In this document: positions 1-9,383 of the stretch, piece after piece
How positions within the stretch are numbered: the stretch's first letter is position 1
Layout: each line of letters begins with the position of its first letter
DNA from: a virus
Virus genome (UHGV): UHGV-1593002
DNA: 17,928 nt
Direction: 5' to 3' (one strand)
Translations under genes and position numbers: made by a program
The notes under the pieces: model-generated
Databases searched by the model: none
The model's input: the letters and a program-made list of their open reading frames with translations, nothing else
Told to the model about the DNA's origin: nothing

Positions 1-17
1 ACATAAAACATTTTGCA

Positions 18-689
18 TCAGCGACCAATCACCACAACCTGACCACCATCCCCTTCGTCTGCCGTGCTGATCTCCTGAGAAACCACGCGTGACCCCACGC
101 GCATTTCACCGTACAGAACAGGCAGAACATTGCCCTGGGCAACCATGTTATCCAGTGAGGAGAAATAGGTGTTCTGTTTGCCGTTATCCGTTGTCTGTGT
201 ACGGGGAGTTCTGGCTTTCGGTGCCAGCATCTGCGCCACACCACCGAGCACCATACTGGCACCGAGAGAAAACAGGATGCCGGTCATACCACCGGCCCCA
301 ATGGCTGCCCCCCATGCTGCAAGGGTGGCTCCGGCAGTAAAGAATGATCCGGCAATGGCGGCTGCTCCCAGGACAATCTGGAATACGCCACCTGACTTGG
401 CCCCGGCGACTCTGGGAACAATATGAATCACAGCGCCATCAGGCAGAGTCTCATGTAACTGCGCCGTTAACCCGGACGTGCTGACGTCCCGCCCGGCAAT
501 CCGTACCTGATACCAGCCGTCGCTCAGTTTCTGACGAAACGCCGGGAGCTGTGTGGCCAGTGCGCGGATGGCTTCAGCCCCCGTTTTCACACGAAGGTCG
601 ATGCGGCGGCCAAATCGTTGCAAATCCCCGTAAAGGCAGATGCGCGCCATGCCCGGTGACGCCAGAGGGAGTGTGTGCGTCGCTGCCAT
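18..689 (-). CDS. I: Tail tip assembly protein I (lambda gpI-like), 223 aa
   Basis: Full ORF of 223 aa, the length of lambda gpI; overlaps the 3' end of K by 103 nt as in lambda; position at the distal end of the tail gene block. Identity recognised from memory of lambda. Confidence 0.9.
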   Translation of the reverse strand: MAATHTLPLASPGMARICLYGDLQRFGRRIDLRVKTGAEAIRALATQLPAFRQKLSDGWYQVRIAGRDVSTSGLTAQLHETLPDGAVIHIVPRVAGAKSGGVFQIVLGAAAIAGSFFTAGATLAAWGAAIGAGGMTGILFSLGASMVLGGVAQMLAPKARTPRTQTTDNGKQNTYFSSLDNMVAQGNVLPVLYGEMRVGSRVVSQEISTADEGDGGQVVVIGR

Positions 690-1330
690 TTGTCGGTGTA
701 CCTCTCTCGTTTGCTCAGTTGTTCAGGAATATGGTGCAGCAGCTCGCCGTCGCCGCAGTAAATTGCGGCGTGATTCGGCACCGATGAACCAAAACAGCAC
801 AGCAGCACATCGCCCGGCTGTGCCGCTGACAACGGCACCTGATACAGCCCCGTCGCCTCCAGATTATCCAGATAGAGATTCTGGCCGTTACGCCACCAGT
901 CATCCTCACGATGAAAGTCCGGCATCTCAATCCCCGCCAGATGATAAGCATCCCGGAACAGTGTGTAACAGTCCGTCACACCGTGCTCAAAGCGCCGCCC
1001 GGTGAGATGCGGCACACAGCGGAACTTATGAATCGTCCCCCGGCAGACCAGCCACCACGGCAAATCACTCTGCACCTGCAGCCGCCGGTCGGCCTCACTC
1101 AGCCAGGGCAGACCACCGGGGTGGCTGTGGACCAGCGCCACAATCTCACCCTGCATTTCTGCCTGCAGCCAGTCTTCCGGCGACATACGGAAATACGCCT
1201 CCGGCTCACCGGAGATATTCACGCAGGGGAAATATCTTTCCCCCTCCGGCGTGCTTACCACGAAGCCGCACGACTCCGCTGGCGCACATCGCCGGGCGTG
1301 CGCCAGAATCGCTGATTCTGTCTGTGTCAT
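587..1330 (-). CDS. K: Tail tip assembly protein K (JAB/MPN JAMM motif plus NlpC/P60-like C-terminal region); ORF as drawn is 247 aa, the lambda-annotated 199-aa form would start at the internal Met at 1186
   Basis: ATG at 1330 lies 5 nt after the L stop. Translation contains HSHPGGLPWLSEAD, matching the JAMM metalloprotease motif HxHx7Sx2D. The C-terminal 199 aa correspond to lambda gpK as I recall it. Confidence 0.85.
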   Translation of the reverse strand: MTQTESAILAHARRCAPAESCGFVVSTPEGERYFPCVNISGEPEAYFRMSPEDWLQAEMQGEIVALVHSHPGGLPWLSEADRRLQVQSDLPWWLVCRGTIHKFRCVPHLTGRRFEHGVTDCYTLFRDAYHLAGIEMPDFHREDDWWRNGQNLYLDNLEATGLYQVPLSAAQPGDVLLCCFGSSVPNHAAIYCGDGELLHHIPEQLSKRERYTDKWQRRTHSLWRHRAWRASAFTGICNDLAAASTFV

Positions 1331-1335
1331 GGGAT

Positions 1336-2034
1336 TTACTGCGAAAGTTTGTTAATGGAAAGGAAGCCGCCAAAGTTGCCGACGTTATTGCGGAACTTAC
1401 AACCGCTCAGGCATTTGCTGCATTTATCCTTCGTGATATCGGACGTTGGCTGGTCATATTCATCCGCGACCGCCGGACCGCTATAACCGCACTCGTCACC
1501 GCGATAGGTCCAGGTGCAGGTGTTGGCCAGCATGATACGTCCCGGAAAAACAGCGCCATCCGTTTCCGTCGGCGTGGACAGTACAAAGGAGGCACTCACC
1601 GCGCTCAGTTCGCTGCACTGCTCAATGCGCCAGCGGCTGATCACCTCCTGCTCCGGATCGGCATAACTGTTTCCGTTGACGAAGTTCACCGCATCCAGAA
1701 AACGGGCGTAAACCTTACGCCGGACCACCGTTCCGCCGACCAGACTCTGCATATCTTCCGCCATCCCGGTGACCATACCGTACAGGTTAGAAACCGTCAG
1801 CGTGGGGCGCGTACTGGTGCCTTTGCCATTCAGTTCAAAACCGCTCCCCTGAATGGGATACGGCTGATACTGTCGCCCCTGCCAGGTGACCGGCTCACCT
1901 TTTTCGTTCTGCTCATTACAGAAAAAATAACGTTCTCCACCGACCTCTGTCAGGTCGATTTCCCAGAGCACCACGCTGGCCGACTGCTCCGCACGGGTGC
2001 ATTCATTCAGTGTTTCCTGCCGGATATCCTGCAT
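1336..2034 (-). CDS. L: Tail tip assembly protein L (lambda gpL-like), 232 aa
   Basis: 232-aa ORF, same length as lambda gpL, with Cys-rich C-terminus (CSKCLSGC); start overlaps the M stop by 1 nt as in lambda. Confidence 0.9.
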   Translation of the reverse strand: MQDIRQETLNECTRAEQSASVVLWEIDLTEVGGERYFFCNEQNEKGEPVTWQGRQYQPYPIQGSGFELNGKGTSTRPTLTVSNLYGMVTGMAEDMQSLVGGTVVRRKVYARFLDAVNFVNGNSYADPEQEVISRWRIEQCSELSAVSASFVLSTPTETDGAVFPGRIMLANTCTWTYRGDECGYSGPAVADEYDQPTSDITKDKCSKCLSGCKFRNNVGNFGGFLSINKLSQ

Positions 2035-2363
2035 CAGTTCACCACCTGTTCAAACTCTGCGCTGAACTCAACACGCAGCATACTGACCCGCGACGACCAT
2101 TTTGCGCAGGTCACCTTTATCTGCCGCCACTCATAAGGCGGCGTCCACAGAAAGGCTTTCCAGCCCCCGTGCTCTTCCAGAAACGACTCCAGTACCGTGG
2201 CCTCCTCACGGGGGACAGAAAGCGTCACGCTGTACGTTTTCAGGTTGGCATTCAGCCCGGCAGGCGCTCGCTGGGAACAGCCATCACCAAAGCGCACCTT
2301 TCTTACAGAAGGGGCCGAAGCCACATCCATACCGGGTTTCACTTTCCAGCGGAAGGTTTTCAT
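2034..2363 (-). CDS. M: Tail tip assembly protein M (lambda gpM-like), 109 aa
   Basis: 109-aa ORF between H and L; start overlaps the H stop by 4 nt as in lambda. Confidence 0.9.
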   Translation of the reverse strand: MKTFRWKVKPGMDVASAPSVRKVRFGDGCSQRAPAGLNANLKTYSVTLSVPREEATVLESFLEEHGGWKAFLWTPPYEWRQIKVTCAKWSSRVSMLRVEFSAEFEQVVN

Positions 2364-4921
2364 CGTCCACCTCCGGAGAACAGACCACCATCACGCATCT
2401 GTGTCTGAATTTCATCACGGGCACCCTTGCGGGCCATGTCATACACCGCCTTCAGAGCAGCCGGACCTATCTGCCCGTTCGTGCCGTCGTTGTTAATCAC
2501 CACATGGTTATTCTGCTCAAACGTCCCGGACGCCTGCGACCGGCTGTCTGCCATGCTGCCCGGTGTACCGACATAACCGCCGGTGGCATAGCCGCGCATC
2601 AGCCGGTAAAGATTCCCCACGCCAATCCGGCTGGTTGCCTCCTTCGTGAAGACAAACTCACCACGGTGAACAATCCCCGCTGGCTCATATTTGCCGCCGG
2701 TTCCCGTAAATCCTCCGGTTGCAAAATGGAATTTCGCCGCAGCGGCCTGAATGGCTGTACCGCCTGACGCGGATGCGCCGCCACCAACAGCCCCGCCAAT
2801 GGCGCTGCCGATACTCCCGACAATCCCCACCATTGCCTGCTTAAGCAGAATTTCTGTCATCATGGACAGCACGGAACGGGTGAAGCTGCGCCAGTTCTGC
2901 TCACTGCCGGTCAGCATCGCCGCCATATTCTGTGCAATACCATCAAAGGTCTGCGTGGCTGCACTTTTTACCTGCGACATACTGTCCGTGGCGCTCTCTT
3001 CCCACTCACTCCAGCCGGACTTCAGGCCTGCCATCCAGCTCCCGCGAAGCTGGTCTTCAGCCGCCCAGGTCTTTTTCTGCTCTGACATGACGTTATTCAG
3101 CGCCAGCGGATTATCGCCATACTGTTCCTTCAGGCGCTGTTCCGTGGCTTCCCGTTCTGCCTGCCGGTCAGTCAGCCCCCGGCTTTTCGCATCAATGGCG
3201 GCCCGTTTTGCCCGTTGCTGCTGTGCGAATTTATCCGCCTGCTGCGCCAGCGCGTTCAGGCGCTCCTGATACGTAACCTTGTCGCCAAGTGCAGCCAGCT
3301 GGCGTTTGTACTCCAGCGTCTCATCTTTATGCGCCAGCAGGGATTTCTCCTGTGCGGACAGCTGGCGACGTTGTGCCGCCTCCTCCAGTACCGCGAACTG
3401 ACTTTCTGCCTTCCACAAATCCCGGCGCTGCTGGCTGATTTTCTCATTCGCTCCGGCATGCTTCTCCAGCGTCCGGAGTTCTGCCTGAAGCGTCAGCAGG
3501 GCAGCATGAGCACTGTCTTCCTGACGATCGCCCGCAGACACTTTCACGCCGGACTGTTTCGGCTTTTTCAGCGTCGCTTCATAATCCTTTTTCGCCGCCG
3601 CCATCAGCGTGTTGTAATCTGCCTGCAGGATTTTCCCGTCTTTCAGTGCCTTGTTCAGTTCTTCCTGACGGGCGGTATATTTCTCCAGCGGCGTCTGCAG
3701 CCGTTCGTAAGCCTTCTGCGCCTCTTCGGTATATTTCAGCCGTGACGCTTCGGTATCGCTCTGCTGCTGCGCATTTTTGTCCTGTTGAGTCTGCTGCTCA
3801 GCCTTCTTTCGGGCGGCTTCAAGCGCAAGACGGGCCTTTTCACGATCATCCCAGTAACGCGCCCGCGCTTCATCGTTAACAAAATAATCATCCTTGCGCA
3901 GATTCCAGATGTCGTCTGCTTTCTTAAACGCAGCCTCTGCCTTAATCAGCATCTCCTGCGCGGTATCAGGACGACCAATATCCAGCACCGCATCCCACAT
4001 GGATTTGAATGCCCGCGCAGTCCTGTCTGCCCAGGTCTCCAGCGTGCCCATGTTCTCTTTCAGGCGGCGGGTCTGGTCATCAAACCCTTTCGTTGCGGCC
4101 TCGTTCGCCGCCTGCAATGCCCCGGCTTCATCGCCGGAACGCTGCAACTGAGCAACATACGCAATCTGCTCCGCCGTCACGTTATGGAACTGGCGTGCCA
4201 TCGCCGTCAGCCCCGACGTCGGGTCTGTGGTCAGCTTCCCGAAGGCTTCAGCGACCTTGTCCACCTCCACGCCGGATGCAGAGGAGAAACGCGCCACACT
4301 CTGGCTGATGGACGCAATCTGAGCCTCACCGCTTACCCCCGCCTTAACCAGTGCGCTGAGTGACTCGCTGGTCTGGTTAAACGTCAGCCCTGCCGCCTGC
4401 CCGGCTCTGGACAGGACCAGCATACGATCTGCCGTCAGACCCGACTGATGACCGGAAAGGACCAGCGTTTTGTTGAAATCGGACAGGGTTGAGTTGCCCT
4501 GATACCAGGCATACGCCAGCGCACCGGTCGCCACCGCCAGCGAGGTGGCCCCCACCATCGGCAGGGTGATCGCACCGGCAAGCCCCCTGAACATGGGGAT
4601 CATCCCGCCGAAGGAGTCCTTCACCTGCCCCCCCTGTTGCAGCAGGATCAGCCACGGACTTTGCCCGCCTGCAAGCTGCGTGGCCACGTCAGTGAACTGC
4701 GCAGGCAGCATACGCATGGCAGCTTTATACTGCCCGACGGAAATCCCCGCTTTCTGTGCAGCCAGCGCCTGTCGGCTCAGCGACTGTTCAACGACTGCCG
4801 CTGTTTTTTTCGCATCACTTTCCGTACCGGAAAAATGACGCCTGACTCTGGCCATCTGCTCGTCAAATCTGGCCGCATCCAGACTCAAATCAACGACCAG
4901 ATCGCCTACCGGTTCAGCCAT
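2360..4921 (-). CDS. H: Tail tape measure protein H (lambda gpH-like), 853 aa
   Basis: 853-aa ORF, the length of lambda gpH; long coiled-coil-like central region rich in A/Q/E/K/R and Gly-rich C-terminal segment; overlaps T by 8 nt as in lambda. Confidence 0.95.
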   Translation of the reverse strand: MAEPVGDLVVDLSLDAARFDEQMARVRRHFSGTESDAKKTAAVVEQSLSRQALAAQKAGISVGQYKAAMRMLPAQFTDVATQLAGGQSPWLILLQQGGQVKDSFGGMIPMFRGLAGAITLPMVGATSLAVATGALAYAWYQGNSTLSDFNKTLVLSGHQSGLTADRMLVLSRAGQAAGLTFNQTSESLSALVKAGVSGEAQIASISQSVARFSSASGVEVDKVAEAFGKLTTDPTSGLTAMARQFHNVTAEQIAYVAQLQRSGDEAGALQAANEAATKGFDDQTRRLKENMGTLETWADRTARAFKSMWDAVLDIGRPDTAQEMLIKAEAAFKKADDIWNLRKDDYFVNDEARARYWDDREKARLALEAARKKAEQQTQQDKNAQQQSDTEASRLKYTEEAQKAYERLQTPLEKYTARQEELNKALKDGKILQADYNTLMAAAKKDYEATLKKPKQSGVKVSAGDRQEDSAHAALLTLQAELRTLEKHAGANEKISQQRRDLWKAESQFAVLEEAAQRRQLSAQEKSLLAHKDETLEYKRQLAALGDKVTYQERLNALAQQADKFAQQQRAKRAAIDAKSRGLTDRQAEREATEQRLKEQYGDNPLALNNVMSEQKKTWAAEDQLRGSWMAGLKSGWSEWEESATDSMSQVKSAATQTFDGIAQNMAAMLTGSEQNWRSFTRSVLSMMTEILLKQAMVGIVGSIGSAIGGAVGGGASASGGTAIQAAAAKFHFATGGFTGTGGKYEPAGIVHRGEFVFTKEATSRIGVGNLYRLMRGYATGGYVGTPGSMADSRSQASGTFEQNNHVVINNDGTNGQIGPAALKAVYDMARKGARDEIQTQMRDGGLFSGGGR

Positions 4922-5348
4922 ACCGGACTCCTCCTGCGATCCCTTCTGATACTGTCATCAGCATTGCGTCATCCTCCGTCATGTCCGCCACATCCGGGGA
5001 AGTAGGGATAACTTCATTCCCGTCCGGGCCAAAGCGGACACCTCCGGCAAGCCCTGCCGCTTTCTGCATCAGCACATCATCTTCAGGCTCTTCGTCAGCC
5101 TCGCGCCGGTTCAGCAGACTGAAATCCAGCGGATGCATATCCGGATCGCTGAAAAACAGGCTGAGCACGGTGTACGTCAGCCCGGAAAAGTGCATATCCA
5201 GCAGAACATCATGAAAATAATGGGTACTGTAAAAGCGGTGCCAGTCGGCATACTCCGTGGATGACATCCCGGCAAGCATGGCACGCCAGTCGGGTCGCCC
5301 CATCTCACGCGCCAGTTTCAGGGCAAAACTCAGCTCACCGTCGAACAC
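4914..5348 (-). CDS. T: Tail assembly chaperone T segment, expressed only as a G-T fusion by -1 programmed ribosomal frameshift from G
   Basis: ORF in the -1 frame relative to G, beginning inside the 3' end of G directly at the slippery heptamer; no plausible independent start (first codon is GTG within the slip site). Confidence 0.85.
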   Translation of the reverse strand: MFDGELSFALKLAREMGRPDWRAMLAGMSSTEYADWHRFYSTHYFHDVLLDMHFSGLTYTVLSLFFSDPDMHPLDFSLLNRREADEEPEDDVLMQKAAGLAGGVRFGPDGNEVIPTSPDVADMTEDDAMLMTVSEGIAGGVRYG

Positions 5349-5752
5349 TTTCCCGCAGAAACAGGTTCTGCGGGCCCGGCGTCCTCTGCCTGTTCAGGGG
5401 CATTATTCACCACAAACTCATACATACCAGACAGCCGGTACACCACGTTTTCAGCATGAGAAATTGCCTCTGTGGGCCAGGTGGTAAGCACTTCCTGCTC
5501 AATCTGTTTAACGGCTTCATTCATGGAAGGCTGCTTTGTCTTCTGCGGATGGTTATGCCACAGGGACATCGCCACCAGAAACGCGCCGGTTCTGATGGCG
5601 TCTTCCACAGTAAACTTCCGGTTGCTGTCTGACTCCGCCTGTTCTGCCTGCCGTTTCATCAGGGCGAGATGCTCAATACGCTGCAGGGCTGACAGTTCAG
5701 AAAGCGTGACGGTCACACCGTTATGTTCAAATGATTCGGTTTTCAGGAACAT
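5330..5752 (-). CDS. G: Tail assembly chaperone G (lambda gpG-like), 140 aa
   Basis: 140-aa ORF immediately downstream of V; contains the frameshift site near its 3' end. Confidence 0.9.
   Translation of the reverse strand: MFLKTESFEHNGVTVTLSELSALQRIEHLALMKRQAEQAESDSNRKFTVEDAIRTGAFLVAMSLWHNHPQKTKQPSMNEAVKQIEQEVLTTWPTEAISHAENVVYRLSGMYEFVVNNAPEQAEDAGPAEPVSAGKCSTVS
5348..5354 (-). other. -1 programmed ribosomal frameshift slippery heptamer G GGA AAG (G to G-T)
   Basis: Minus-strand sequence GGGAAAG is in X XXY YYZ register with the G reading frame (G codons GGA and AAG); the -1 frame continues open into T. Confidence 0.8.
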
Positions 5753-5767
5753 CTCTGACTCTCCGGA

Positions 5768-6508
5768 TTAACTGGCGGTGACGGTGATTTCTGCAACCGC
5801 AGCAAACTCACCATTACCGGATACAATCGGAATGTTGACCTTGCCTGCAGCAACGCCATTCACGGTGATGGTCATACCACTGACCGACACGGTGGCTTTT
5901 GTTTTATCCGCTGACACCGCACGGAAGCTCTTGTCGGTTGCGCCTTCCGGCTGGAATGCCACGGTCAGCGTGGTGCTCTTCCCTTTCACTACGGAAGCGC
6001 TGGCTGGCGTCACGGTCATACCGGTTACCGCTGTTACCGTGCTGCGATCTTCTGCCATCGACGGACGTCCCACATTGGTGACTTTCACCGTGCGGGTGAT
6101 CACTTCCTTCGCCGTCACCGCCTTACCGATACTGCTGACCCAGCCGCGGAACACATCGACCGTGCCGTTCGGGAAGCGGATTTTATAGGCACGGGTATCA
6201 CCTTCATTAAACCACGCCAGCAGCGCCTGCTGCCCCTGCTCTCCGGGCATCCACGCCAGCGTGAAGCTGGTATCTCCGGCGGATTTCTGCCCCTGTCCGG
6301 TCGCGGTCCAGTCCGCATCTTCATCATCGAGATAACTGTCGTCATAGGACTCAGCGGTCAGTTCGCCGGGCGTCAGGTCTTTAACCTTTGCCAGACGCGA
6401 CCAGTCATTGTCTGAAAGCGGGTTTGCATAAGGGTCGCCGCTCCCGTTATAAACCCACAGGGTGGTCCCGGCCCCTTTCACCGGTGCCAGAGGATTTGGT
6501 GTTGGCAT
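5768..6508 (-). CDS. V: Major tail tube protein V (lambda gpV-like), 246 aa
   Basis: Recognisable gpV sequence with the C-terminal Ig-like segment; start placed at the ATG giving MPTPNPL (246 aa), not the longer ORF-finder start at 6538. Confidence 0.9.
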   Translation of the reverse strand: MPTPNPLAPVKGAGTTLWVYNGSGDPYANPLSDNDWSRLAKVKDLTPGELTAESYDDSYLDDEDADWTATGQGQKSAGDTSFTLAWMPGEQGQQALLAWFNEGDTRAYKIRFPNGTVDVFRGWVSSIGKAVTAKEVITRTVKVTNVGRPSMAEDRSTVTAVTGMTVTPASASVVKGKSTTLTVAFQPEGATDKSFRAVSADKTKATVSVSGMTITVNGVAAGKVNIPIVSGNGEFAAVAEITVTAS

Positions 6509-6515
6509 ATCGTCC

Positions 6516-6911
6516 TCACATTTCATAGGTAATGACATAAGTCAGATCGGCTGAACTCCACAGGCCCGCATCATCGTCGCGCCGGTAGTCATAGCCACTG
6601 GCCACCATACTGGTGATCAAATCTGACAGTGCCGGGATATCGCTCATCACCGGATAAATCCGGGACTCCATCCACGCATCCAGCTCTGAATCCGGCACCT
6701 GAGCAGGCAGGAAAACTTCGATATGCAGCTCCGCCTGCCAGGTATCGCTGTCCAGCTCTTCGCCCGTGTATTCAGCGCCGGTGAGATAAACGGCAACTGC
6801 CGGAAAATCCGCCTCATCAAAAACAGCGGGGCGACCATCAAAAAACGTCGCCCCGGTGTCATGCTTCTCCAGTGCATCCAGTACGGCTGCGCGGAGTTCA
6901 GTATGTTTCAT
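6516..6911 (-). CDS. U: Tail terminator protein U (lambda gpU-like), 131 aa
   Basis: 131-aa ORF; start overlaps the Z stop by 4 nt as in lambda. Confidence 0.9.
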   Translation of the reverse strand: MKHTELRAAVLDALEKHDTGATFFDGRPAVFDEADFPAVAVYLTGAEYTGEELDSDTWQAELHIEVFLPAQVPDSELDAWMESRIYPVMSDIPALSDLITSMVASGYDYRRDDDAGLWSSADLTYVITYEM

Positions 6912-7486
6912 CGCTTTATTACCATTCTCAGTTGATGCTGCAGCGCATAGCCCAGCTCTTTCGGAAGACGTTCACGCCGTATCCGCTCAATATTCTGTTT
7001 AAACGCCGTGGTCAGCGGCACCGCCATCGGAATTTTCACCACATCAATGGGGTAACGGTTTTTCCCGGCCACACGCTGCATGACATGCCACCGGCCATTT
7101 TTCAGTTGCTGAATAAACGCGCCGGGAATACGACGGTTTCCCACCACAAGCACGCTGCCGCCACCTTTCAGGGATGAACGCTGCCCCTTTTTACGACGCC
7201 TGCGGCGCGAAAGGACAACCCGCGCATTACCCAGCTTGATTACGGGCAAATCCCCCCGGTTAACCTTGATTCTGGCCTGCGGATTTTTGACCGTGGCCCT
7301 TTTCAGCCTGGCCCTTTCCTTTACCAGTTTCCGGCGTACCTTTGTCTCACGGGCAACCTGTGACGCCGACTGCGATATCGCGGATGAAGCAACTCGGTTA
7401 ATGGCCATTGCGGCGGCACCGGGCACCGCCGTTCTGCTGATACGGCTGAGGTTTTCAACGGCCTGCTCAAGACCTTTTATGGCCAT
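6908..7486 (-). CDS. Z: Tail completion protein Z (lambda gpZ-like), 192 aa
   Basis: 192-aa basic protein (RRRRRKKGQR stretch) between FII and U. Confidence 0.9.
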   Translation of the reverse strand: MAIKGLEQAVENLSRISRTAVPGAAAMAINRVASSAISQSASQVARETKVRRKLVKERARLKRATVKNPQARIKVNRGDLPVIKLGNARVVLSRRRRRKKGQRSSLKGGGSVLVVGNRRIPGAFIQQLKNGRWHVMQRVAGKNRYPIDVVKIPMAVPLTTAFKQNIERIRRERLPKELGYALQHQLRMVIKR

Positions 7487-7497
7487 ACATCCCCCTT

Positions 7498-7851
7498 TCA
7501 GCGGCGACGGTTAACGGCAGGCGGTACGCCCCGTCCAAGCCAGAGATGACAGCTTCCGCCATCATCCGGCGAAACCCGATCTACCCAGAAATTTTCCTCA
7601 CCGATGGTCAGCGTGTCTCCACGCCGCAGCTGCCGCACCTCATCAGTCCGGACAAACAGGGACGGGCTGGAGCCTTCAACGCGCACGCCCTGTCCGGCAT
7701 AGCTGATATTTTCAGGGTCATCAAAAACACCACGTATCACCGCACCTGACTGCTCACCGGATGTAATGGTGGCTGACGTTCCCATGTACCCGCGTATCGT
7801 TTCATCGGCGCGGGCAATGGCAGCATCGAACAGGTTATCGAAATCAGCCAC
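7498..7851 (-). CDS. FII: Head-tail connector protein FII (lambda gpFII-like), 117 aa
   Basis: 117-aa ORF in the conserved position between FI and Z. Confidence 0.9.
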   Translation of the reverse strand: MADFDNLFDAAIARADETIRGYMGTSATITSGEQSGAVIRGVFDDPENISYAGQGVRVEGSSPSLFVRTDEVRQLRRGDTLTIGEENFWVDRVSPDDGGSCHLWLGRGVPPAVNRRR

Positions 7852-7862
7852 AGCGCCTCCCG

Positions 7863-8261
7863 TTATTGCATTCTGGCCAGGCCGCGCTCTGTCATTTCGG
7901 CTGCCACACCGGCAGAGACACGAAACGCCGTTCCCGGCAGCACAAATGCCACAGGTTCATCCCGCGTGGCGTGAAGTGCATCAGTATGCAGCTTCACCAG
8001 TGCCACGACCGTGACCAGTTCAGACGTATCCAGAATCACGGTATCCGGCTGCGCTGATCCCACCTCATTTTCATGTCCGGTCAGCACATTTTCCCGGCTG
8101 AGAGGGGTGTCCTGACCGGCAGTTTCATCCGTGTCATCAAGCTCCTCTTTCAGCTCTGCCACACGGAGCGCCAGTTCTTCTTTCGTCCCCGTCAGGCTGA
8201 CATCACGGTTCAGTTGTTCACCCAGCGAGCGGAGACGGGCAATCAGTTCATCTTTCGTCAT
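7863..8261 (-). CDS. FI: DNA packaging / head assembly protein FI (lambda gpFI-like), 132 aa
   Basis: Start placed at the ATG giving MTKDELIARL (132 aa); the longer ORF-finder start at 8300 is rejected; acidic linker region typical of gpFI. Confidence 0.9.
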   Translation of the reverse strand: MTKDELIARLRSLGEQLNRDVSLTGTKEELALRVAELKEELDDTDETAGQDTPLSRENVLTGHENEVGSAQPDTVILDTSELVTVVALVKLHTDALHATRDEPVAFVLPGTAFRVSAGVAAEMTERGLARMQ

Positions 8262-8302
8262 GGACTCCTCCACAGAGAAACAATGGCCCCGAAGGGCCAT
8301 GA

Positions 8303-9328
8303 TTACGCCAGTTGAACGGACACGAACTCATCAGGATCAGCCAGCAGCATCAGCGGTGCTGACTGAATCATGGTGAACTCACGCGCCGGATCGCCGGTAG
8401 TCACCCAGTTTTTCGGGTAACGGGCAGAGGCGTTAATGCCTTCGCGCTGTGCGTCCGCATCCTGAATGCAGCCATAGGTGCGCAGACCGCGAGCCTGAGT
8501 GTTCCCCAGCACCATCGTGTTGTCCGGCAGGAAGTTCTTTTTGACGCCGTTTTCCACGTACTGTCCGGAATACACGACGATGGCCACATCGCCATACATT
8601 CCCTTATAGGACACCGCTTTGCCCAGGTCTTTTACCGCTGTCTCCAGCTCGGAATGAGAGCCGCGACGGGTATCCAGCTTCTCCTTGACGGCTTTGAAGG
8701 AACGGAACAGCGCCCAGCCTTTCGGATCAAACACGATGATATTCACCACACCGCTGGCGTTCAGCGCGTAGGCTTCGATATCGTCGGTCGGGTCATACGT
8801 GGACTTGTCACGCTTGCTCCACTCCGTGCCGCCGGACTGCGTGATGTTATTCGCCTCACTGCGGCCCATATCCACCTCAACCGGATCGAAGGCTTCACCG
8901 GTCATGGTATATTTGCCCTTAAGCACGGCAGAAACTGCCTGCATCTCTTCGACCTGAGCAATGGCCAGCTCTTCGTCACGCATGTTCTGCATGATGATGC
9001 GACGGCGGCGGTAAGCCGGGTCCGCCAGATTCTGCGGATCTTCATCCGGCAGGCGACGCAGGGTCATCTGCGGATTCACTTCATGCTTGGGTTTGACATA
9101 TCCCGGCGTAAATTCAGAGGTGGAGCCGCCACGGGAACGGATAACCTCACCGGAAACAATCGGCGAAACGTACAGCGCCATGTTTACCAGTCCCGGAATT
9201 TGTGAGAGATAGACTTTCTCCGTAGTGAAGGGATAGCTCTCACGGAAAAAGAGACGCAGAAACAGCGGATCAAACTTAAATTTCTGCTCATTTGCCGCCA
9301 GCAGCTGGGCGGTTGTGTACATCGACAT
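8303..9328 (-). CDS. E: Major capsid protein E (lambda gpE-like), 341 aa
   Basis: Start at the ATG giving MSMYTTAQLL (341 aa); the ORF-finder extension upstream is rejected. Confidence 0.95.
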   Translation of the reverse strand: MSMYTTAQLLAANEQKFKFDPLFLRLFFRESYPFTTEKVYLSQIPGLVNMALYVSPIVSGEVIRSRGGSTSEFTPGYVKPKHEVNPQMTLRRLPDEDPQNLADPAYRRRRIIMQNMRDEELAIAQVEEMQAVSAVLKGKYTMTGEAFDPVEVDMGRSEANNITQSGGTEWSKRDKSTYDPTDDIEAYALNASGVVNIIVFDPKGWALFRSFKAVKEKLDTRRGSHSELETAVKDLGKAVSYKGMYGDVAIVVYSGQYVENGVKKNFLPDNTMVLGNTQARGLRTYGCIQDADAQREGINASARYPKNWVTTGDPAREFTMIQSAPLMLLADPDEFVSVQLA

Positions 9329-9342
9329 AAAAAAATCCCGTA

Positions 9343-9367
9343 AAAAAAGCCGCACAGGCGGCCTTTA
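9343..9367 (-). promoter_or_regulatory. Intercistronic GC hairpin followed by a T7 run between D and E
   Basis: Minus strand reads GGCCGCCTGTGCGGC followed by TTTTTTT, 5-6 bp G/C stem with CTGT loop, directly upstream of the E start. Confidence 0.35.
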
Positions 9368-9383
9368 GTGATGAAGGGTAAAG

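Noticed and set aside
1324-4363. Long plus-strand ORFs antisense to L, M and H (for example 1324-2136, 2102-2767, 3215-3745, 3785-4363)
   Set aside because: They are shadow frames of GC-rich, stop-poor minus-strand genes whose identity is secure; their products are Arg/Pro/Cys-rich with no recognisable domains.
8261-9355. N-terminal extensions of E (MRLFLRDFF), FI (MALRGHCFSVEES) and also V (to 6538), D (to 9722) and Rz (to 17332)
   Set aside because: These are longest-ORF or alternative-start artefacts; the downstream ATGs give the canonical N-termini and lengths and have better spacing to purine-rich RBS sequence.
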